A stretch of DNA of 64,000 nucleotides from positions 16,775,245 to 16,839,244 of the forward strand of contig CM119264.1 in the NCBI GenBank assembly GCA_051294375.1, given 5' to 3'. The notes below the pieces were generated by a model. It was not told where the DNA came from. It ran no database searches and worked only from the letters and a program-made list of their open reading frames with translations. Positions 1 through 12,200 of the stretch are shown one piece after another. Position numbers and translations under genes: made by a program. The DNA is from Paraspadella gotoi (taxonomy: Eukaryota > Animalia > Chaetognatha). The stretch's first letter is position 1. Each line of letters opens with the position of its first letter.

Positions 1-479
1 TTTATGAGCTGCAGTCTGCTGGCAAATAGTTTTAGTAGTAAAATGTACTATATGTATCTAACATTATATGTTGAATAATAGCATACTAAATTTGTAATAT
101 TTCAGTTTCCTGAAGGTAAACTTAATGAGCGTCCTTGAAAGCAAATTTTCTTCACAATCATTCTTTGCATCTTCTCTTCTGAAATCATTATAATCATCAT
201 CAATTATTCCTAATCTTCAAAAATCTTAGGCAAGGGCTCAATTAACATAGCGGTCTACTGTAATGTAACATGAAAAATCTTTTTTTACCAAAAGCAGGAC
301 AACTTTATAAATGTAACATCACCTAATTTTTTTTTATCAATTTTCAAACCAAAAATCCCCCTTCATTTGAACTTTGCATTGTGTCAACAATAATACAAAT
401 AAAAAACATTATAATGGAGATTCAAAAAAAAACTGTATTAACTCATCTTTCCGGTGGTTTTATCAAATTAATAATTCAC

Positions 480-2180
480 CTAACCAATTTGACACAGCGT
501 TCATTTGTAAAGTGACGGTACGATTGAGACACTCTGTAAATACCTAAGCCCCAAATAAATCAGTTACTATGTCTAGTGATGTATAGACCTCCATCCTTGG
601 TGTTGCAGGAAGTTGAAGGACGACTGGAAGAGAAGCTCTTTCGTCCCGTCGGAGAGCGATGGCGAGGAATCTCAGATTTCCCGCCGTAGTCCGGATTCGG
701 AGATCCGATGGGCAAAACTCGTTTTAAATCGACGCAATAAGTGGAAATGCTGAAAAAAAAGAAGATATTTCTCAATCGTCACAAATCGGAAACTCTTCAA
801 CCGCTTCAACCAGACGGTATATTTTAACTGAACAACGTCGTTTTAGAAATGTAACAGAACCTGGACTGCGAAAAAGTGACACCGATGAGTTGAAATCCGG
901 AGACGGCTATGGACGCCACATTTCCCCATCCCGACGCAATAGTGTCGAATACTTCAGCCGGCTCCCAGCCGTAGCTCCGCACCAATTCGGGGGAAGCAGA
1001 GAACAAGCAATCTACGAAGCAAATAAATATAACATCGCAATTCTTTTTTTTTTTCACGATATACTTATATCCTAAAACGTCTAAATGTTATGAATGATTC
1101 AATTCCCCCTTTAATTAAACCATACTCCAACCTATTCTTAACAATTCTTCACTTTACTTTTATCTTTCCAATCGCAAAGTTGCTTTCGACTCAATTTTTC
1201 ATGTTTTCATCCATCTTACCAGCGGTTTCGGGTAAAACAGAATGCGTTTGACGTTTCCGGCATCCGGAACCGAGGCGCTGACCAACTCAAAACATCCGAG
1301 GTCCCAAAACCGGATAGTCTTGTCGGCGCCGGCGGAAGCGAGAAGACACTCGTTTGGGTGGAACTCGATGGCGTTGACGGCGGCGGTGTGATCCGTAAAC
1401 TCTTTGATCATCTTGCCCGCTTGCAGATCCCAGATTTTAACGACGCCGTCTTCTCCTCCGGACGCCAGCCATCGGCCATCGGGTGTGAATCTGCAAATAA
1501 TAGTAGTCTTGATTCTTAAAGGATTTCTAATTGATATTTTAACATAAGTATCTGCTCTTAGTTCATTTTTTGACACTCACCTTAGACAGTTGACAGTTTT
1601 CGTGTGGCCCTTGTAGGTAAAGATGCAACCCTTACGTTTTGTGTCCCACAGCTTGATGTTGGTATCCATAGAGCCGCTGGCCACGAATTCGCCACAAGGG
1701 TGAAATTCGAGGCTCCGAATGTTTGCCTAAGCGAACACCAACGAAAGGCGAGATCATTCATCATTTTACTGCAAAAACTGATAAATCCCGTCGATGGGCG
1801 ACCTTGTGGCCGGTGAGAACTCTCGTCATCTTGGCGGCTTCGAGGTCCCACACTTTTAAGGCACCGGATCGAGTTCCTGTGACGAGGGTCTCCTCCGAAT
1901 GACCAAAACGCACGGCTTCAACGGCGGTCGTGTGGCCTGAAAAAGTTTTGTTAATTGTTTATTCTTGCTACTTCTCACTTCTCAAATGCTATATATTATC
2001 TATACCCGATAGACTCATGATGCAGTTTGGCTTGTCAACTGTCCACAAATTTACTTTCTTATCTTCCCCGCCCGTGACCAGGACCCTGCCACTATTTTGC
2101 CCCAATTCGGCGCAGCAAACACTGTCAGCGTGAGCGACGAACTCCTGGAGTTTCCAAGCGCGTTTTAACGGTTGCGCCAT
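480..2180 (-). CDS. KATNB1: Katanin p80 WD40 subunit B1, 5' part (multi-exon; gene continues past window start)
   Basis: ATG at 2180 gives [37 protein letters not shown] exons at about 2006-2180, 1803-1936, 1581-1726, 1220-1490, 860-1020 and 590-750 encode WD40 repeats ([24 protein letters not shown]; [25 protein letters not shown]) characteristic of katanin p80. Confidence 0.93.
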
Positions 2181-2686
2181 TTTACAGAAATGATTGTGCA
2201 GAGCGACCTGGCAAAGAAAATAACTATCTAGTAAATTCGATAAATGAAGTTTTGATTCTTTTCAGATTACTTGCGTAATTGAAAAGAACCCCCTCTTCGA
2301 CATAGCGGAGAGGAAGAAGACGTCGGGAGAGAAAACGTTTTGAATACCGGGATCGTAGGCATCGTAATGTATATAAAAAGTTTTATCCACTTGGCGTCTT
2401 GTTGATATTAATTTGTAAAACAATCAAAGCATATAGATATTCAAAACAGGCAATAAATACGACTACTAATTAATAAAATAATAATCACTATGAAACGCGA
2501 ACAGTTACAATTAATTAAGAAATCGATACGGGAAACGATTATGAATCAAAAGAGTCCCGAATGATCGCAAGATAGAGATGACGAACCGAAAATTAATATT
2601 TCTCGTAATTGAAAGATATAAAGAACATCGAGTTACAGATAGTGGTCTGTAATTAAATTAACCAAATTAAACGATTTTGAACTCAC

Positions 2687-3227
2687 AGTTTTGGAATTAA
2701 CGTCGTCTTTCCCCGCGCAACGGCGAATTTTCAGTGCGCGACCGTTAAATGCTTTGGGGTCACGTTGTCATGGCGAAGACACAAAACAGTCTGCCTTCGA
2801 GGAGGGCCAGAGCAGGAGATTATAACTAGAATTAAAGGAAACGCCCGCTTGTCTTTTGTCTTATTTTGGAAATTCTGAACCTTTGGCTTAGCTGACATCT
2901 AACAGAAGTCGAAGTAAACGCATATGGCATAACAGACTTGAGATGACAGAGGTGAATCTTACTTTCATTCTTTCCTCTTCCTTGTTTACATTCGCGCAGC
3001 TGATGAAGATCAACCTGCGTCAGCCGCCGCAGCGTCATTCTTCTTCTCTTTTTCTATGAAACGCCCCAGGCTCCTCTCTTAATAAAAGTTTGAGCCCCGG
3101 ACAGATTGGGGCATGCTGCATGAAGGTGCATCTCTACGTGGTACATGTACGAATAAACGTCTTATCCCGCTCTATCTGAAATATATATTCTTTTTCAAGA
3201 TTTACGGTATGTTTTGAGGATTTCAGC
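2687..3227. promoter_or_regulatory. Probable bidirectional promoter / 5'UTR region between divergent KATNB1 and PIKfyve
   Basis: Head-to-head start codons at 2180 (-) and 3228 (+), about 1 kb apart. A minus-strand GTGAGT donor near 2686 and an acceptor near 2208 suggest a KATNB1 5'UTR intron; TTTCAG lies just before the PIKfyve ATG. Confidence 0.5.
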
Positions 3228-6200
3228 ATGACGTCTAAGGATGGAACGACAGGGAGTTCGAAAAGGGAGTCGAAAGGCTTGAGACCAACGGTTCCTATTG
3301 GTATGGATTAAAATTGAACGTTTCACATTTATATAATGAATCACTTTTGACTATTCGCGTATACGGACGAGCTTTTTGATAATTAGCAGAATCGTCGCTG
3401 ACTCTGACGCAGTTCGCTTCCATCGAAACTGAGGAAAAACCAGCTAGTGCCCCAACAGGATTATTGAGCAAATTGTGGAAAAAACGAGAAGTAAAAGGCA
3501 AGCTCATTTCACTTTATCTTGATCAAACTCAATTATTTTATTAAGGACCAATTCTTTCGTGTGACGTAGTTGCTTTGATATTAATATACCATTGTTGACG
3601 TTGGGGGCCCAGTAGTCGCCTCAATATAGGATCGCCCAATTTAACAGGCGTTCACAATACTCTGCCGGGCTCTAACAATTCCATCGAAGGCAACAGTAGC
3701 GAATCACAGATTATCCACGAACACACGGAATGGCGAATCACCGAGGGCGGCCAAGGTTCCTCTTCATCTACGCCAAATTCGTCGACTCCGGTTTCTCCCA
3801 GAAGGTGAGACACAGATGGAATTGTGCTGTTCATTGGCATTAGAAGACTATGCAAACCACGATCTTTAAGAGACGATTAAATCAATTTTTTTCAGGGCTG
3901 GCCCCGACTTCCCAACGATTCCAATCAACAATGTTTCGAGAACAAAGTCGGACTTGTCTTTAAACGGTTTAGGTAAAAGTTTGATTACCCTAAGAAGTCT
4001 TGCCATAGGAGCGTCACTATCCTCTGAATCTTTTTAGTTCAAAGTCGGCGAGGGTCGACGCCTGTGACCCTGGGTTGGAATCAACGTATCAATTCCGGTG
4101 CCGACACCCCAGAATCGGAAAGTGGTTTCGGCGCGGCTTGGAACGGCGGCAGCGGGGCCGGCGGGGCTCGAACGACGCATGGGAGGCAGTTCGGCGAAAC
4201 TAGGACTTTGTCGTCCGTCCTAAAGCGAGTCTCGGGCCTCCTTTACGATAAATCGAGCTCCAATAATCTCAGACCTTACAACGATAGCGACTTCAAGGTC
4301 TCTTAAATATTTTAGGGATAGACTGATATCCTTTTGTAAATTTAATATTTATTTTAGAAATACTGGATGCCTGATTCGAACTGCAACGAGTGTTACGATT
4401 GCGGAAATCGCTTCACTACGTTTAGACGTCGCCACCATTGTCGAATTTGCGGTCAAATATTTTGCTCTTCCTGTTGCAATCAAGAAGTCCCGGGAAAATT
4501 TTTTGGTTACGAAGGTTTGTCATAATTAGTATATGGCCTTATCCTTAACTGCACTGTTAAAACTTCCAAGCTATTAATTTTTCTTCAGGGAGTCTTCGAG
4601 TTTGTACATACTGTTGTGAAGTTGCTTTGCAGTACGTGCGTAATCAAGCGTTAGGCGCCGCGCCCGGGGAAAACCCCACAGCCTCTCGAACGGCAATTCG
4701 TCAGGTAAAACTTTTAAATTGTATTTAATCCGCTAAAAGTACCATTGACGTTCGAGAACTTTGTTGCAGGAGCTCCAAAGAAAACACATGATGGAATCGG
4801 TAGGGTTGCACTCCTCGTCGCCGCCCAAGTCAGATTCCCTTTTATTAAAAAGTAAGAGAAAATCATGACCAAAACAATTTTTACCAATACAAAAAGTTAG
4901 TGTTATAATAATTATGAAAGATACAAAATTATATCATACTTAAAATTATTATAATTCTAAGTACAAAATATATTAATAATTTTTATTTAAATCATGATAT
5001 AATATTTGTATTTAAATAATATTTAGGCTTATAACTTATTAATAGTAATTATTTAATTTTAAATGAATTTTTACAAATATTTCTTAACAAAAAGAATGAT
5101 TAAAAAATTATTATAACAACAACCAAATTTTTAATTGGTTTCTGCTTATATTATATTTTTATATATATGGACGAATTCAGCTTTGCAGCGGCTGTCCAGT
5201 TTCTTTCTATTTTTCATTCTTTTTCTTTCTCTCTATAAATTATATGTCGCTTTTTTTTTTCTGTCGCTGCTTCTTCTGATTCGTTTAAAAACGAGTTAAG
5301 CTCTGCAGCGGCTGTCCAGCTTCTATCTCTCTCTCTCTTTCTCTCTCTTTTTTTTTCTTTCTCTCTCTCTCTCATGCACGCATTTGTTTGTTTTATTTAC
5401 GATGAATGACTGATGAATGACTATCATCGGATCAATAAATGATTATCATAAGATCATTGAATGATTATCATCGGGTCAATGAATGATTATCATCGGATAA
5501 ATAAATGATTATCATCACATCAATGAATGATTAACATCGCATCAATGAATGACTATCATAACATCCATCATTTGGTTATCATAACATCCATCATTTGGTT
5601 ATCATAACATCCATCATTTGGTTATCATAACATCCATCATTTGGTTATCATCGCATCAATATTTGGTTATCATCGTATCAATATTTGGTTATCATCGCAT
5701 CAATCATTTGGCTATCTTTGCATCAATCATTTGGTTATTATCACATCAATCCTTTGGTTATCATCGCATCAATATTTGGTTATCATCGTATCAATAATTG
5801 GTTAATGGTTATCATTGCATCAATAATAAATTATTATTACATCAATCAATTATTATTACATCAATCAATTAATTACAATTATATCAATCAGTCAATTACA
5901 ATTATATCAATCAATTAATTACTATTATATCAATCAATTACTATTAGATCAATCAATCAATTACTATTACATCAATCAATTACCATTATATCAATAATTC
6001 GTTATCGCATCAATCATTCATATTTTTTTATTTTTTTATTAATTTTTTTTTATACAGTGTGTTCTAATGATACTGTCAGTTAAATTTTACATATTGTGCG
6101 GAACTGTGTTATTTAATGTTATTTCTGAGATAACAATGTCAAAGATAAGTTCTTACAATATTACATTATTACATATATTTCGAATTGAATTTTTATCAAT

Positions 6201-9200
6201 TTTTTTTGCAGAACATTCAATTTAAATGAGTCCTCATTTCTCACTTTTTTAATTTTTAAATAATTGTTGTATTTTAAAATAAATTTTATTAAAAAAATTA
6301 AGTAAAAAAATATTATAACTAGATATAAAGATTATTTAAATTTTAATTTGTATAAAATAAGTGCATTAATAAAAAGAAATAAACAATACAAAAATATAAA
6401 AATTGATAAAAACTATGCTAATTAATTTGATATTTAAATTTTATTATTTGAAGTTGTGAGAGATTGAATCATTAAGCCAGAACAAAATTGTTGCTATAAA
6501 AAAGTAATATGAACAAGGAAGGTAAATAATTTTAAAAATAATGATTACTGCGTTAAATTAAGCTGGTTCTGACATATGATTTTTTCTTCTATAATCATTT
6601 GGGAAAATAGTTAACAAATTTTTAAAATAAAATAATGGATGATATAAATATTTAAGTATGATCAACTAAAAGTTTTTTTCATAATTATTAATTTTTTGTT
6701 TTAGTTACAATAAAAGATAAGTATTTTTTTTGTTATTTTCCCGTGCAAAGAAAAATTAATGTTTATCACGATTCAAATTCCTTTGATGATAGACCCTTAA
6801 GCTTATGATATCATTTTTATCACTGGGTCTTGATGTATCCCAATTATCTTAATATTATGGGAAATATTATCGCTCAAAATGATAACTCTGCCCACTTTTT
6901 GAAAGATCCTCGCGCACCGCGTGAGTCGCAGACGATCGCTCAATCCAATTCGGAACAACACGGGATTTCTGTTAATCTTCACTCGAGCGGATCTTCTCTT
7001 GAAATTTCACCGAGCCGACGAAATTTGGATATCACTGCGGCCGCCGGCGGCCTGCCTTACAAACCGGGAAACTTCTTTAAGAGCTCCTCCCATCATGATC
7101 TCTCTTCAACTCAGTCGACGGAAAAAGATGGAGGTGAAAATCTTTAAATTGTTAAATAGTAGTGAACGATGAAAATTATCATGGTCGCTGGTGATTTGAG
7201 TCAGTAGAATCAGTAGGTGCAAAAATATTAGTTTTTGAAATGATTTCTTTCAGGAGAACGGTCCCCTTCGAAACATTCGTCATTGTTAGATCCTTTTGGT
7301 GGTTCTCACGCCACTCGCGGACTTAGCACCAGCCATAGCCTGACAGTTCCCAAATTGACAGAAGAACGTCGACTGCTAACGCAGGATTCTTATCAATTAC
7401 GGCAGATTTGGGAACGAATGACCGGCTCATGTGCCCAGGGTGAAAACATCATGTTTCAAAATTATCGACCTCGTCTGCGCACTTACACTTCGTGTTGCCT
7501 CGGAAGCGATGTCATTCGTTGGCTACTCGATAAAGACATTGTCGCCGCTCGAGAGCAAGCTTTGGCAATTGGCCAGGCTCTTGTCGATGCTGGCTACTTG
7601 GAGCCAGCGACTTTGGCGTCCGAGGACGACGCCGTCCGGGGATTTGTCTCTGGCGTTTTTGCCGAGGATGAGCTTTTCAAACGCGGCTTCCTAGGAAAGG
7701 ACTTCGTTGAGGGGTCCTCTTCCACGACTCAGCGCAAGATCACAGAGCGTCGCCCCTCTTTGTTGCAGCATCGTCATGTCTCGGCTGTCGTCGGTTACTT
7801 CAAGGAAAAGACGACTCCCGAAAGTCCAGAGCGAGAGGACGAAGAGGAGCCGGCGTGGTTTAAAGAGATCAGTCGTGACCGAGGACAACACGACCCAGAA
7901 CCTCCAAGTCCTACGCCCTCAACATCAGTAGCGACCATACTTATAACGACGCCGACTCAGGTCGTTTGTAGTGACGGAAGTACCGTCGCACAGACTACCT
8001 CGTCCAGGAGCTCATCCAGGAAACGACCCGTGGAAAAGGAGAGTCGTGGAGACAGTCATTCGTACTCTGACTCTCGGCCGGGATCAAAACTTCGCTCTCC
8101 TCAGCCGCCTCACACGTCCCCTGGCGGGTCCCACCCTGCATGGGCCGCCAATTACCCTCCTGATCTTAGCTTGACTTCCATAAGTCCTAGTTTCTTAAGA
8201 GGTATTATGCGCGCCGCTGGCGGCGCTTTGGGTATTGGCAAGAGCGCTCCCTCAGCTATTCACAATCGACGACGAGCGGATAAAAGACTGAAGTCGGCCT
8301 ATGAAATTCACTTAAAGACCTTAATTCGGCAATTATTAGTTAGAGAAGAGCTTAGTCTCTCTTGGACCGAGACTGTCTACGACCTTGCCGATAAAGTCTC
8401 TACCGTTGTCGATCCCGACTTGAGAAACAAGGACGACTTTATGGACTTGAGGCAATATATCGTCATCAAAAAAATCCCTGGCGCACGAAAAATAGATTCC
8501 TTTATTGTGGATGGCGTGGTGTGCTCGAAGAACGTCGTTCATCGAGACATGCGGAATCAGATAAAGAGAGCACAGGTTATTCGATATTACAATGTAAAAT
8601 ATGATTACAGCTGCTTATTGAATTGTAGAAAAAGTTATATATGTAAGTATATACTATATAGTGTACACCTCATTGTATACATTGTACTGTAGAAGACGAA
8701 AATAAAGGTAGAAAAAAAGGTGAGGGAGTGTAACGATGTAAGAGAAGTAGAAAAGAAGTGAGACGAGATCTCTCTTATCCACTTTCAGTCTTTCATATTA
8801 CATTAGTTTATTTCATATCAAAAATTTGAAACGGTGACACACATCAACACAATTAAAATAAGTCTAACCCTCCCCAAACAGAAAAATAAAGCGAAAACAA
8901 ACGTTAACAATAATGATAATCTATTCAAAGTTATTGTACAAATAAATAATAACAAAATATAACTGATTATAAAGGATAAAATAACGTAATATGTATTTTA
9001 CCCATATACCTATTAACGTAATAAAGTGAATACGTGTTGCAGATTTTAATCTTCACATCCTCGATCGAATATCACCGCGTTCAACGTAGCCAACGTGGAA
9101 TCCACTCGATGGAACCAGTGCTTCTTCAAGAAAAGGAGTACTTGCGGAACAGCGTTGCTAAATTGACCGCCAATAAAGATCCGGACAGAGGGCTGGTTCT

Positions 9201-12200
9201 GCTTGCTCAAAACACTGTTTCTCGACTGGCTCAAGTAGGAATTTAGCCTTATTAACTATTATGAATAAGAATTTATTTTCGTTAATTGGTTATCTAGGAG
9301 TTCCTTCTGCAAGCTGACGTTTCCTTGGTTATGAATGTAAAACAAAGTGTCATGGAACGGGTTCAGCGTTCAACACGAGCCAAACCTGTAAAATCAATTG
9401 AAGAACTGGTGACGCCTCCAATCCTTGGTTATTGCACGAATTTTGTCGTAAAGAGATTTTCTCTTCCCGCCGGAAAAGTTAGTAGATATTTAAATAAAGG
9501 GGATATATTAAAATTAAAAACTTAATGATCCAAACATATAATTACACTGTACGTTATTGTTCAGAATTTTTATTACAGAACTTAAAGGACAAAATTTTTT
9601 TCAATAGTTAACATATTTTTCGTGCTGCAAACGATGATATTTTAAGCATTTCAAGCGATATTGATTTTAAAAACGAGCTGACGCTCTTAAGCTAATTTTC
9701 GACCATTTTTCATTGGCTTTACTAACATTATTTGCATTTAGTATGTTGAAATACACTCTAAATAACTTTCAGAATTGTTACAATTTTGTTTTTCAAATTT
9801 AGGGAAAAACGTTGATGTTTTTCGATGGCTGCGACGGTGCTCTGGGTGTTTCGGTGTGTCTGCGTGGTGGAAGCTACGATGAACTAACAAAGGTAATCTA
9901 ATTTTTCATCGAAAAATGTTTTTAATCGTAATTAAATTCATACCAAGGTGCTTTCAAAATTTCTTGCTCGAAGTGATAAATGGTATGGTTAACCTCAAAC
10001 GCGCTGGCAGTAACCCCCTTAGATCGTCGCAGCATCAGAGAGACACCCCTTACCCCTTTCTTAAGATATTCTTCATAGCTCCTCATTTTTTCGCCGAATT
10101 TCCGGACCCCGTCGCGCTCTTCGGCCCAATTAGTCGACATGGTCATTTTGGTAGCTACTAAAGCTTCTTTTTCCAGCCTTTCGCGAATGGCACGACGCAC
10201 CCCCGCAGCGTCGCAGTTTGGTCGTTTAGGGTCCAACACGCTGCCCAGTTGGTCCAACTTTTCGTCCCATTCCGTTCCGCTTAATTGCTGCATTTCTTCT
10301 TTAAGGACTTTTTTCAGATATTCAACCTGCGTTGATTACTCGCTTGTTGATAACAGAACTTGAATGTTAATTATTTTTGGAGCTTTACCTTTCTTCTTAA
10401 TTCTCGGATGTCTGCGTTTATTTTTTGGTCCGCTGTTTGTATCAATCGTTCTTCGTCCGCATTGAGCGACCGGTACTGATGTCTGGGTGCAGCTATCCTA
10501 AAACATTATGGCAAAGGGGAGACATGTGTGATGCCCGGGGTGTGAGGAATTGGCTTTGGACCTGCAGTGACCAATCCCACTGACCAATGACCATCCCATG
10601 TCACTGGCGTGTTTATGCCGACACATTACTTTATCAGCGTGACCGTGATGAGATTGAACCTGGAACTCACGGTTGGTAAGCCAATGGGACGAGCTGAGTT
10701 TCACCAAGCTATACGCGAGGCAAATTTGGTATTCGCCACACATTCCCCCCCCCCAAGACTGCACACTGGGTTGACCAAGCACAGAGTGACTGTCTTGAGA
10801 GTAGACTGACTCATTCTCACAATTTCACGCCTATGTCCTACTTCTTGCTCACACTCATTCTCACAATTAGAGAGTGAGCAAGAAGTAGGACATAGGCGTT
10901 AAATGCATGCATGTGATGGTACACAGCGGTTGCGTGTTCGATAGTAGGGCTCACCACTTTGGACCTGCAGTGACCACCCCATGTCACTGGCATGTTTACG
11001 CAACACCATCACACTTAACCAGCATGACCGTGAGGGGATTGAACCCGGTACTCACGGTTGGTGAACAATTACCAAGCTGAGTTTCACCAAACTATACGGG
11101 AGGCGAATTTAGGATTCGCCACAACATGCATAAATTGCATATTGCGTGAGAAAGCAGTGTGTCAACTGTAATAATAAATCTAATTAATCTTAAGGCAACT
11201 ATATTTTAATTATTATAAGTTTGATTTGTATTAGATTATCACGTAATTTTGTAAATATAGTTAATGTTGTTGATTTGGGGAAATGATAGGTTTGCTCATA
11301 TGATGACTTGAAAAATAGATTAATACAAACTGTTTGGTAGTAGGATCTTGAAATATTGGTATGCAGAGTATAATGATGACCAATAAAGCAATGATGAACC
11401 AGATGGATATCAGAATGACAAGTCGTGCCAGCAGAATTCGCTTTTTTACAATGTCCAGCTCTGTTTCTTCGACCTCATCCAAGAGTTGTCGCACTTCATC
11501 GAGTTCCAAATCCGCCTCCTTTTTATCTTGCTTCATTTTATTTTCTTTTTCGAGAAAATTTTGGGATTTGAGAATGAGGGCAATTATTCTCTTCGGCGTT
11601 TTTATGCCAGATTTCAGGGCTTTGTTTTCCTTGTCTTTATAAAAATTCACTCGGGCGAAATTTTTATAGTTTGAATTATTGAACTGTTAAAAGTTCTGGG
11701 TAAAGTTTTCTCTCAGTGAAAAAAAATAATAGAATTATAGATAATTATAATGACTGAAAAAATCTGTTTTGACTTAACTTAATCGAACTAGAAAGAAATA
11801 TTTTTTTTTTCTAGATCAAAAGAATCCTTAATTTCGCAATATTTGTTGCGAAAAATGCTTCTCATGAGATGTCTTATTACCTGGAAGAATTGGCTCTTCC
11901 GCCAGCACCCGAGATCCAGGTAATGAGCACATGCAACAGGTTAGCTTCAAATAAGGAACTGAATGTTTTTCCCTTCTTTTCGCAGATCAATACTAGGGAC
12001 GCTCGAATGAAAAGAAAAAGTGCGCCGTTTTGGGGCCAAAAAACTGTTAAAATGGTACATATTACCATCATTAATATGAAAGAGAGATTTTCATTCCTAA
12101 AATTGCATAATGAACACCTTTTACCTACCATTGACCAATTACATTCTGTCAGGATGGTGAAGACACGGTGAGTGAAAGCGACGACGAGAAGGATGATATC

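Noticed and set aside
5685-5918. ORFs in tandem repeats (also 21951-22245 and 38847-39278)
   Set aside because: Translations of minisatellite arrays inside non-autonomous elements; low complexity and no splice context.
5410-6015. Regularly spaced repeats resembling a CRISPR array
   Set aside because: Eukaryotic intron with head-to-tail units, no unique spacers and no cas genes.
11537-11650. N-terminal extension of the nested gene from the GTG start given in the ORF track
   Set aside because: Non-ATG start in a eukaryote; the first ATG is at 11536.
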